64,000 bases of DNA, from assembly GCA_001724265.1 (NCBI GenBank), contig MEDY01000116.1, positions 1 through 64,000 of the forward strand, in the 5' to 3' direction. Made by a program: the position numbers and the translations under genes. Positions 47,306 through 58,184 of the stretch are shown here, piece by piece. Source of the stretch: Rhizaria sp. SCN 62-66. Its lineage: Eukaryota. A model generated the notes under the pieces. It worked only from the letters and a program-made list of their open reading frames with translations, did not search any database and was not told the DNA's origin. The stretch's first letter is position 1. Each line of letters opens with the position of its first letter.

Positions 47306-48155
47306 ACGACTATTATCGCTGTCTATAGCGTAATTCATATGGATATGGTGTACAACTTGCCGTAAACGAGTATTATCATTGCAGCTGTACGACTTAGTCT
47401 CCGCGGTATAGTGTCTCAAGTCTCAAGTCTTCTTATGTAGTCAACGCGTACATGCAGTCGTCAGGCTGTGTGAGTGAAATTGTTTGTTTTTTTCGTGAAA
47501 ATCCGTTTGTTGATCATCCATATTTGTTTCGTTTTTTGTGATTAGTGGCTGCTGCGATAGACTTGATTATGATAATACTGCTGTCGTTTGAGTATAATAC
47601 GTATCACCACTAGTCTACTGATGGCAGTGTTATCGCTGTTTTTGCGCGCAAACAGCGGTGAAAACTAATTTGACTAAATAACTTAAACCTGCTACACGCA
47701 GGAGCGTTCAGAACTGTAAACATATGCGCGCTTCTGATGATTTGAGTAAGTGTAGTGTTTCTTAGATCGTATTATATACTGCGACGCTGAAATATTGTTT
47801 ATCACAGCATGCACACGTATCGCATCGCCCTGTGCGTGTTTATGATGTGATGTGCAGAGTTGCTCTGAGGATTATAGATCAAGAGTGCCCTCTCTCTCTT
47901 TCTCTCTCGAGTCGTAATGTGTTACTCATACTGACTGTATTAAAAGTGTTGCAACCATTATGTTTATCACTTAATGTCACTACCCCGCTTGTGCCACCCT
48001 CTAGTACAGGTGGCGCGCACGGTCACTCTCTCCTAATATCACTACTAGTGCAACTGCTGCAGCAGTGTTCGTCATACCGACACTACTGGCCAGTGGGGAC
48101 TAGGACAGCGAGTGGCTGAGTGCCAGTGTGGCGGCACATCTGTTATCGTTGAGTT

Positions 48156-48197
48156 GCTTATTTGTGTTGCTTATTTGTGTAAGCAACACAAATAAGC
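48156..48197. repeat. Perfect 18-bp inverted repeat with 6-nt loop
   Basis: GCTTATTTGTGTTGCTTA-tttgtg-TAAGCAACACAAATAAGC; overlaps a 13-bp tandem duplication (TTGCTTATTTGTG x2). Confidence 0.85.
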
Positions 48198-49394
48198 TTT
48201 GATCTCCTTTACTTAACCAGCCAAGTCAAGCCGCAGTCTTCTCCGGAATCAATTCTGCCTTCGCTTGTCACTGCTGCGTCGCACTACATTGCACTGTGTG
48301 TCAGTGTGGGAGAACGTAGGCTTTGCTGACCATGTTTAGTAGTTCTTTGTTATTCAGCCAAATTATTGTGTGCGTGCGTGTTTTATTTTTTTCTTGTGTC
48401 TCGAAGCTCTGTTGCTGTTATCGCTGTTGTTTGTAAGCTCCTTTTTTGTATTTGTCGGTCAATAGTTATTGTGTTTAATCTTACACGTACTACTAGTTCA
48501 TGTCATATCTTTTGTTGTTTTGTTTTGCTGTCGCCGCCCCCGCACGGCTGTGACCGGTTGTCCCGGTGCGCCACACGCAGGGGGCGCGGCGGCGCTAATT
48601 TAATATTATTCGGTCACCAAACGCGTGCGCGCGCGCACTCAGGCACGCCATTTCTGTGTCGTGTCGCTCGTTTTTTGACCCTCTCTCTCCTGGTCAGTCA
48701 GTCGCAGTTGTCGCTCGCCAGTGTCTTCGTCATCTTCATATCATCCTCAATCAAACATCAAAAACAAGAAAAACATTATCATCTTTATCAATACATTTGT
48801 TTATCATATTTATATTACTTCGCGCCACATTTTAATGAGCTCTTGACTCATCATATGCGATCAAAGTGCGTGTTATTGATTCACGTACAAGTACTATAAT
48901 GATTGCTTCGCCAAGAAAAATGAGATGTACATGTATGCACTACGTAATGGTTATAATTCTGAAGTTGTTATTGTGATCATACGTAAAAAAAGAAGATAAA
49001 TTGAACCAGAATATAGCTAACATGCGATTGGACTGCAGTGGGTCGTAACTCTCTCAGTACCGTTAACGTGCGTGTACTCACAGCCAATGGCGTGCATGCA
49101 TGAGGGCCCACAGCACCTGTGACGGTGGCCCCGTACACAAGACACCTCACCGCTTACCCATCATTCTTTTCCTCCTCCTCAGCAATCGGCGGCACTGCAC
49201 TCCTCGCCTCCGCAGGTGGTGAAATCTCGTCGCAGTTTCCCCATGTACAGGAACGTACCACTGCGGTAAACAAGACAATGACGCTTAAAGACGTGCTCAT
49301 TCAATCACTGTTGCTACTAACGTTGCTGTTCATGCATGCTTGGATGCTTGTCGCGATCTCAACGGGATCGTTGTGGTCGTGGAAACCGGTCGTC

Positions 49395-51938
49395 TCAGAC
49401 GATTTGCAAGCGGTGAAAAAAAACTTTCCCTTTGACAGCAGAAGCACCACTCTGGCAGTCAGCAGCCGCAAAGAGGGCCAACACTGCTGCGTCAAAAGGC
49501 TCATCAGTGCGATCAAAGCTTACCAGTTCTTCAGACGTCAATTCGTTTGCATCGTCCAAGCACAGCCGCACGCGGCCGACGGGCACGGCGCCGCGCAGCA
49601 GACTCACCGGGCACGGCTTGAAGACGAGGCACCATGGCGTGCCATGGGAGTCTTGGTCAAGGTAATTTAGATAAGAAGTTAGAACCCCCGCGAGAGGAGA
49701 CACCAGAACTGTGCCAACCGGGTATGTCTCTCTCACGGCGTCGGCGTCAGTAGTAAGTGGTGCGGCGTACTCATCGAAGACGATGTCGTTCTCCGGAAAC
49801 AACAAAGGCGCAGTGGCGCATGGTGCAACACTTTCATTGCTCTGAGAGTGGTAAAGCGTGACAAACGACAGTGAGGTTGTGCACTGGCCAGGGGGCACAA
49901 AACACGTGTGAAGAGAGCTGCCAATCGTGTCAGAGTTTGCCGCAATGCGAAAATGTGCCGCATTGCAAGGAAACCTGTCATCGTCAAGTCGGATTATCAC
50001 CGTGTAACTCGTGTCCGTTTGCGGAGACTGAAAACGCATCTTCAACCAAATGTCTGCCGCCCTCGTCCTGGTCGAGAGCGCCGTATTGGCAGCCTGGAAG
50101 ATCCTCTCCCGCGCCTTCATCTGCCAGAAAGGCAACAAAAGAGCCGATGGCGGCGCCTCTTTAGCCCGTACGGGGGCAGGAATTTGTTGGTACCCCTGGG
50201 TAATGTCACTAAACGTGATTCGCGGTGGGTTGCCGCATTCTTTCAGAGCGCATGCAATGTGCGCGTCAAACATCGCTTTCCAACTGTTGTCTTTCGAGTA
50301 CATACCGCGCCGAACCTCTCCAAGATTTTGACGCCGCAACTCTTCTGTGGCGGCTGTATCAGGAGCAATCACGGCCATGTCGCTAAGCAATGTGCGCAGC
50401 TGTGTCAGCTCAGAAAGAACGGAACCGTCACCACCCTCTTGCGCGCAGTCATGATAGCGCAACAGCTCGAGTGCGTGCAGCCCACGGGGTCCGATCAACT
50501 CAGTCACAAAGGTGTTCTGCGGCTTCATATCGCAGTCGCGCATAGGTGAAGTGTTGCTGATGCTGATCATTATGCGAAGAATAAGCAAAATATATACGGG
50601 AGTGTCTTGACCGGGCAGAAGGTCTGAGAGACTGTCAGACAGCGTCGGTCGCGCGGACCTCGAGCTCAGAATCAAAAAGTACGTGAGAAACAATATACAC
50701 GTCTTGACAGCGCCAATCCTCAATAACTCAAACGCCGCACTCGCCTGATCAGATGCAGTCCTGAGAATGTTGCTCAGCACTCGCATTGTGCTATGGAGAA
50801 ACTGGCGATACATCAGCAGGTCTCCGTGTTTCAGAGGAGCGTTAAGGCTGTTTAGCAGCCTGGAAAATGCGGGCGCGTACAGGAGCCGGTGAGCAAAGTC
50901 TGGAGACTTCGCTGTCACTGTAGAAAGCACATCCATCAGCAAACCTGTCTCCTCGATCCTCGTAAAAGGAGTGAATCGCTGGTGGGTGATCATCTCGAGG
51001 ACGATATTGATACGCGGGCTCGTGAACGCGCACGCAAACGTGTCATCGTCAAGCAGATCCAGCAAGCGCCACAGCGCAAGCAAACGGTCCGCAAAAGACA
51101 TCTTTAGCAATAGCTCGAACTCGGGGCTGCCCAGAAACTCCGCAATGTCCCAACGGCGTCTGTCTTCGTCCGCTGTGGCGCCGCCGCGGCATCGGAACAG
51201 ACAGCCGAGCGTTGCGTAGGCGTGATAGCTCAGCGCGCTGGGGTGGCTCCGGTAAGCGATGCCGCGCAGCAACAGGACAAAGGCACACACGGCGGCGTAC
51301 GGAAGCGAGAGCGCGGCGCCCGCTGTGGTGACGGATGTGTTGGAGGCGATGGCGCCGTAGGTGAGAACAGACAGAACGTCCGTGAGGAATAAGTAATACC
51401 CGGAATACCCTAGATTGTCGTCTTTCACGAAGAACGTAGCACTCTCCATCTTCTCAGCAGCGAGCAAATGCAACTTGACACGCGCCAGCGCAGCGTGCCT
51501 GGCCGGTGTCGCGAGGGTCGCTCCGCTCGCAATCTAGCGCAGATGCATGAAGATGCGCGTGGCCTCCTTTGATATCGGGGGAAAATGCTCCAGCAGGGTT
51601 GACAACCTCTCGATGGCGACGCCCGCAGCAAGCAAGACGCTTTTTTTGGCACGAATCTCATTTGCATACGAGGGATTACTAAGAAAGATGTTAAAAAGAC
51701 GTGAGATTACGCCGCGTCGGGTCCGGGCATCACTAGAATCGTCGCCAGTGAGCTCGACTGACTGGAGGAGCAAACACAAGACTCCACTCTACCACAACAC
51801 ATCCAAACGAGAAGGGCACCGCTCCTGGTCGAATTCAAGATCTATCAACTGAATATAGCTGTCCCAACAAGTAGTTGATGTGAGAGACGCGACCATGCTC
51901 AAGTCAACGTGGAGGTCGCGCAGGAGTGGCGGGGTCAT
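49395..51938 (-). pseudogene. Gene or pseudogene for an ARM-repeat-like helical protein with a degenerate cyclophilin-like C-terminal domain; two in-frame TAG codons (51789-51791, 51534-51536); ~847 codons if read through
   Basis: One frame runs from ATG 51938 to TGA 49395, broken only by two TAGs. ARM-like segments include VLW*SGVLCLLL and LLRIGAVK. The C-terminus VIIRLDDDRFPCNAAHFRIAA...GSSLHTC...VPVGRV resembles the cyclophilin pattern. Confidence 0.55.
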
Positions 51939-53324
51939 CGTGCTTGCTCATTGTACAGAGTCCTTGCTTAGTAGCGGTTTAAGATGTACTGCAAAAGAGA
52001 GTCCAAGCCCAAATTTATGATGTTGTGTGATATTGGATCTGATACGAGCCTGCTGCCGTGTGTGTGGCTCTCTACAGCGTAGACGAGATTTGAAAAAGAT
52101 TTTAGGTGAGTCAGATATGAATTATGGGAGGCACAAGTGTACAACAGTGATAATTGCAGTTGCAAGAGTTCTGAAACTATTAATTAATTAGAGTCTTACG
52201 TATATATTATCGTGTACATATATATATGTACATGTTTGAGTAAACAAAACGAAACTGTTGCATCTTATTGACAGTTTCATTGACTGTTCGTGACTTCCGC
52301 TCACTTAGATTGCTTGTCTCCTTGTTTCTTCAGTCTCTCTACCTTGTGGATTTTTGTTCTAACTGAGTGTTTCAACAAAGAGTGTGTGAAAACACAATCA
52401 ATACGAATAAGAATGATACAATACGAGAATGGATGAATGAAGTCGGCAAGAATTAGAATCAGCAGTGAAAGAGCGGCAGTGCGACGAAGGCACAGGGCGC
52501 GCGCGTTCCCAAAGCAGGGTGCAATTGGTGTATTATAATTATGATGTTGCCGTGACATCGGACGGCGGCGGAGAGGTATTGAGGTTGGTGGAACTGTGTG
52601 ACGAACGGCTTTGTGAGCGAAGGTTCGTTCGCTCGCTGTGAAATGCAAGTGTAACAAACAAATCCCGCAAACAAACGAACAAAGAAACGAACAAGCAAGC
52701 AGCACGACACGAAACGAAGAGACAAAGTACACACGTGGAGATGTGTAAATACGATACTTACTAAAATTAACTTATTATGAATGAGCGAAACGTGTGCTTT
52801 TGGTTGAACAGAACGAGAAAAAGAAAGAAACGATCATATAAAGAAAAAAATATGAAGAGGAATAACATAAATGTTCTTTGCAGGCTCCAAGAAAGCCAAT
52901 AAGCTGAGAGCTGAGAAAACGGACTTTTGTTTGAGAGGAAGCCGCAGAAGAAAAAGAAGAAACAAAGACGCAGAGAGCAAGCGAAGATCGAGAGAAAGTG
53001 ATCGATCGAAAAGCGTCAAGCTACGTTTGCGGAAGGAATATAGCGGAAGGAATATAGAAGTAACAACGATCATCACGCAGTGTCGGTGAGTGAGCGGTCC
53101 ATGAGCGATTACGTAAGCAAGCGCGTGTCGCTTTCAGTTTACAATCAATTCACAAACGTGGCAAGCAGCGAGCTCATCATCGCGCCGCATATACCGACAC
53201 GTCCACGCACAAACTACTGAGTCCGTAATCAACCGGTTTGTTGCCACACTCTGTCTTATCACATCCACGATTGTCGTTGTTCGCTCTTGTGCTCTTAATC
53301 ATTGTGCTCTTAATTGTCGTGCTC

Positions 53325-54910
53325 TTAATCGTCGCGCTTGTCGCCGGCAAAGAGCGCCGACACGGACGCCTGCGAGTGGATCCGGCCAATGGCCTCCGCA
53401 AGCAGCTTCGCGATCGAGAGCTGGACGATCTTGTTGCCGTGGTGCTGGCGCTTGTCAAGCGGGATGGTGTTGCACACGACGACCTTCTCCAGCTCGCTCT
53501 GCGCGATGCGCTGGTACGCAGGGCCCGAGAAGACGCCGTGGGTGGCGAACGCGTAGACGCGGTTGGCGCCGCGCTCCTTGAGCTCGGACGCGGCCTGGGT
53601 CAGAGTGCCCGCGGTGTCGATCATATCGTCGACGATGATGACGTCGGAGCCCTCGACGGAGCCGACGAGGTCCATGCGGCCGATGGCGTTGGCGCGGATG
53701 CGCTGCTTGATGATCATCGCGAGACCGGCGTCGACGCCACGCTCCTGGAGACCGTCGCGGAAACGCTTGGCGCGGTACACACCGCCGGCGTCGGGGGAAA
53801 TCACCTTGGTGGTCTCGGAGTTGAGGCCCAGGTTGGCGAAGTAGTCGAGGCCGACGACCTGGCCCTCGAGGTTGTCGCACGGGGTGCGGGGGCCGAAAAA
53901 ACCCTGGATCTGGCCGCAGTGGAGGTCGACGGCGACGACGCGGTCAACGCCCATCGACTCGCAGAGGCGCGCGACGTCGGCGGCCGAGATCGGCACGCGG
54001 GACGCCATCTTGCGGTCCTGGCGCGCGTAGCCGTAGTACGGGATCACGGCGGTGATCTTGTTGGCCGACGCGCGGCGCATGGTAGAGATCATGAGGAGCA
54101 GCTCCACGAGGTGGTCGTTGACGCCGGGGGGGCACGTGGGTTGGATGATGTAGACCTGCTTGCCGCGGACGTTCTCCATGACCTGGATGCCGATCTCACC
54201 GTCAGCGTAGCCCTGGATGGAAACCTTGCCGAGGGGCACTTCGAGAAGGTCGGCAATCTCCTGCGCAAGCTCGATGTTCGCGCGGCCTGAGAAGATCTTC
54301 AGCGAGTTCTTGTTGATCGCGGGGGTCGCCGACGTGGCGGACGCAGCGCCAGTGGTGGCGGCGGTCACGGGCTCGTCGGCGAAGGCAACGGCGGTCGTCG
54401 CGGCGGCCGCGGTCACGGCGGCGGAGCCGAGGCCCACCGCGGTGAGCATCGTGCGACGGCCAGCCTTGGAGCCCGCGGAGAAGGACGCCTTTAGTTGCGA
54501 AAGAAGAGTAAGCGCAGCGAGGGGATGGAAGAGCAAGATCGAATAGAGAGTGGCGCGAGAGAACATGAGTGAAGTAAGCGCTGAAGTAAAGTGGAGATCG
54601 AAACTGCGACGTCGACAGGGGAGGGCACCACGCCTTCGCAGGCACGCCCGCACGCAAAAGAAGTGCATGCGTCGTGCAGCGGGGGCGCTACAAGTTGAAA
54701 TAGGGCGCGAATCGGGACAGTTGACGTGTGCAATGTGGAATCAAATTGATACAGTGCTACTCAGCGCAGCAAAACCGAGTGAGTGCGGTTCGAAAGGCGG
54801 ACAGGGTGAAACTCCACGAGAGCGACTTGACAGCGCGGCAAAACGGGCGGATATCTCCGTTGACGTACCTTGGCAAACTTGCCAGCATTGGAGAACAGAC
54901 GCGAAAACAT
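53325..54910 (-). CDS. PRPS: Ribose-phosphate pyrophosphokinase (PRPP synthase) with organellar targeting N-terminus; 2 exons (54910-54869, 54488-53325), ~401 aa
   Basis: KIFSGRAN, YADGEI, PYYGYARQDRK, VDLHCGQIQGFF, SPDAGGVYRA, IVDDMIDTAGTL and ATHGVFSG. First exon MFSRLFSNAGKFAK joins in frame through a GTACGT...AG intron. Confidence 0.95.
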
Positions 54911-56055
54911 CGGAAACTTTTTAACTCGGCCCTGGAGGGGGAGCATCTTAATCTAACCCGCAAACTATCGTCACAGCGCAGGGCCGGCCCAGCAAAGCAA
55001 AGCTTGCCAGAGACCCGACTGACCGAAAAAGTGTAGCCGCTGCTCACGGTCACCGCCGAGCACTCAGCATCACCTATAATTCCAGCTGTATGGCATCTGT
55101 AGAGTTTTCTGTGTTGTGATTGTGTGTTGATCACGCTCAAATAGTTTGTGTTGGTATTTTATTTTTTCGATGTGTGCTTTTGGGTGCGGTAGAGGGCGTA
55201 GTGCGTAGACTTTGGTCGTTTGAACGGCGACTCCAAACGCGCTTGTGGTTCATACTATTTGGCAAGTGCCTCTTGGCAAGATATAGGTGGAGTTTGCTAA
55301 AATGTGGAGGCTGCATAGAACGCGTAAGCTTGTATTTGGATAACGTGGTCATATCTTGACTGCCCTTAATAAAGTCCATAGTATCCGATGTTAAGTGAAG
55401 TGACCTTTGGATATGTTAGGTATAGTGAGCTATTAAGAAGAATTAAACAAGTTCTAATGAAATAAACTTGTATTAATACTACAGAGCCTGAAGCTGAAAC
55501 TCATTGTTGCACACTATACAATAGATCTTGCGATAGCATGGAACTCACCACAACCCGAGTGGTGGTCGAGAGGGGTGACGGGTGTGGCAGACTCTGAGCC
55601 AGAATTAGAAAGCGATGTGTTTGTCTATGAAGACTCCGACAAATGACACTGTGGACGGGCTATGGTACTGCAACCCTATTCACCTCTGTGTGGATTTAAT
55701 CGTTTCGCTTCCGCTGCCCATGTTTGAGTCTCCACAATCCTCCTAAACCACGCGAGGATCACGTCTATTCCGTCAGTGATCCCAAGTCATGCTTCCGACC
55801 TTCTCCAGCGCCTCTGAAAGCCGTCTTAGTTCTAAACTTGCTTTGGTCATCTCTACCATGGGACGATCTTTATACCTGTTCCCTTCTATCTTTGTCAAAC
55901 CTCTCACATATCCTTCCCTGTCACCCTTTTATTGATCGCCTGGTCGCAGAGTTACACTCGCTCTCTCTCAACACAAACCAAGCTCTTCCCTGCTTTCATC
56001 ACACCACGCACCCTTTCAGCGTCGCCCGTGCTTTCCGTCCCGCCGCAGTCCCCCC

Positions 56056-56847
56056 ATGTCGCAGACGCGTCCCCCGATGACGGCGGACCGTGACCCGTTC
56101 AACCCGGCCCGCCAGCGTCTCCAGGACTCGCTCGCCAAGACTTCGGCCGCCTTCGACCGCTGGAAGTTCGTTTTGGAGAACCAGAACACCGCCGCGTCCG
56201 ACGACTTCTCTTCCCTTACGCGCTCTATTCAGGTTGACCTTAAGGCCGTTAACGTCGACGTCGCCAACCTCAACAAAGTCCTCTCCGCGGTCGAGCAGAA
56301 CCGTCCCATGTTCCCCCACATCGACGACGCCGAGCTCGATTCCCGCCGCAAGGCCGTCAACGAAATCGCCGCTGCCGCGCGCGGTATTGAGGACTTCATG
56401 ACCTCTGCGCGCTCCAAGAAGAAGATTGAGCGGGACCAGCGCAACGACCTCATGGGGCCCCCCGGCGTGACCAGCTCTTCCCTCGCCGGCGGCGCGGGCG
56501 CGGGGGCCGCTGGTGGCCGCGGCGGCGCGGCGGGCGCAGGCATGGTGCAAGCGCGCCGCACGCAGACAGCGCGGCGCGAACAGGAGCACAACGCTGTGCT
56601 GGACGATATGAGCTCTGCGCTCGACCGTCTGCACGGGACGTCGACACAGATCAAGGGCAAGCTCCAGACGCAAGCCGTTCTGCTCGATGAGATGCGCGAC
56701 GACGCGGCTGTGAGCGAAAACTTGATGCAGTCGACGATGCGCAAGATGGATACGCTGCTCGCCAAGAGCAAGAGTGGACGCATCTGCTGTCTCGCCATCC
56801 TCATCGTTATTGCGGTGCTCCTCTTCTTCATCATCATCTACTTCTAA
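56056..56847 (+). CDS. Syntaxin-6/Tlg1/SYP61-like Qc-SNARE; 263 aa
   Basis: N-terminal DPF...NLNKVLSAVEQNRPMFPHIDDAELDSRR (syntaxin-6 N domain), SNARE helix (LDDMSSALDRL...LQTQAVLLDEM) and a C-terminal TM tail anchor. Confidence 0.88.
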   Translation: MSQTRPPMTADRDPFNPARQRLQDSLAKTSAAFDRWKFVLENQNTAASDDFSSLTRSIQVDLKAVNVDVANLNKVLSAVEQNRPMFPHIDDAELDSRRKAVNEIAAAARGIEDFMTSARSKKKIERDQRNDLMGPPGVTSSSLAGGAGAGAAGGRGGAAGAGMVQARRTQTARREQEHNAVLDDMSSALDRLHGTSTQIKGKLQTQAVLLDEMRDDAAVSENLMQSTMRKMDTLLAKSKSGRICCLAILIVIAVLLFFIIIYF

Positions 56848-58030
56848 ACCAGATGTTTGGGATGAAATCACCTTGGTTCAGTCTGCTTTTGTTGGTTATT
56901 TTACATGTAGTCATTGAGAAAAAACGCGTTGTATGTGTTGAAGCGTGAATAAATATTCTAGATATTTTCTTAATTATCATTCTGATTTCGGGTGATCGCT
57001 TTTTGTATCGCTGGAAAGTTTATTACTTTGCAAGGGATAATTTCACAAAACAGAGAGATTAAAGATACAAATGGCGTTTATCTAATCTGAAAATGAGCGG
57101 TGATTCTTAAAAACAAACTTTTATTGTTGAACACTTGTTGTCAATGACCCTACAAAATGTATTTTTGTTATTCTGTAAAGAAACAGAAACAGGGGTGGGT
57201 CAGACACGAACGCACAAAAAAACATAGCAGTGAAAACACATAAGCTAACACACACGTAGAGACACAGAGCTGTACAGAAACAAGAACACACATGACCACA
57301 TATCATCAACAACAACAAAGGACAAATGAAACTACGAAAAGGCGCAAGACGGAGAACAATCTAGCAGACGAGACGAGAGATGAAGATAATGGGGGAACGC
57401 CAAAAGAACATTGAAAAGAATAAAGAACACAGAAACAAAAACAAGAGGCTTGAATATTTCACTCAACACGAAATATATCAAAACCAAAACCACCATCAAT
57501 CGTCATCTTCATCAACATCATATTCAGCCAAGTGCAAGTTAACTGCGAAATTGTAAACATACACTCCGCTGCTCACTCGCTCTCTCTTTCTCTTGTGCTG
57601 GCACTCGTGAGTGGTACTCATGAGTGGTATGCGCGAGCTGCGGGATGCCAATACTGCGCTGTCGCAACTGCTGATGTTTGAGCGCTATGTTGTGCTCTGC
57701 TGTGAGTTCACGCACGCGACTGTGGTATGCAACACAAACCGGCACAAGCCTCAGTCGCACGCATACACAACTCTAACAACACACACAACTCTAACTACAC
57801 AGTATCGAGGTTTCTGCAGCAACCAACCAGAACAGCAATGAGACAAAGAGGCACACAGGAAAGAGCAAGACTAAACTTGACAGATGCTCACAACGAACGA
57901 AAGAACAAACCAATCCAGGAGTAAGCGCTGTTGCAGACAAAGCAACAAAGCGCACACAGCAAAAACAGCAACAACACACACACACACACACAAACAACAA
58001 CAACTACCACCAATACAACAGAGACACAGA

Positions 58031-58032
<2 letters not shown>

Positions 58033-58062
<30 letters not shown>
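58033..58062 (+). repeat. (AC)n microsatellite downstream of the CBS gene (a similar run lies at ~15408-15425)
   Basis: Direct reading. Confidence 0.85.
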
Positions 58063-58066
<4 letters not shown>

Positions 58067-58184
58067 CAACATTGCAAATCCAGAACAAGACAAGAACACT
58101 GAGCAAGCAAGAGCGAGTGCATACCGATAAGCTCATTTTAAACACATCTTTCGCTCACTCGCTCATTCGCCGCCCGCAGTTCTC

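Noticed and set aside
49154-49420. Possible frameshifted continuation of the ARM/cyclophilin-like gene past an A8 run
   Set aside because: It needs a frameshift plus another stop, and the existing TGA falls where a cyclophilin fold would end.
53280-53335. Short direct repeats as a possible CRISPR array
   Set aside because: 15-bp units with no spacers, in a eukaryotic context with no cas genes.
54775-54800. GGTTCGA as a tRNA T-loop
   Set aside because: Lies inside the PRPS intron and has no cloverleaf. No tRNA or rRNA gene was recognised in the window.
55540-55710. Small hairpins as a SECIS element or ncRNA
   Set aside because: No canonical SECIS quartet and AA loop, not in a 3' UTR, and no Sec-type in-frame UGA nearby.
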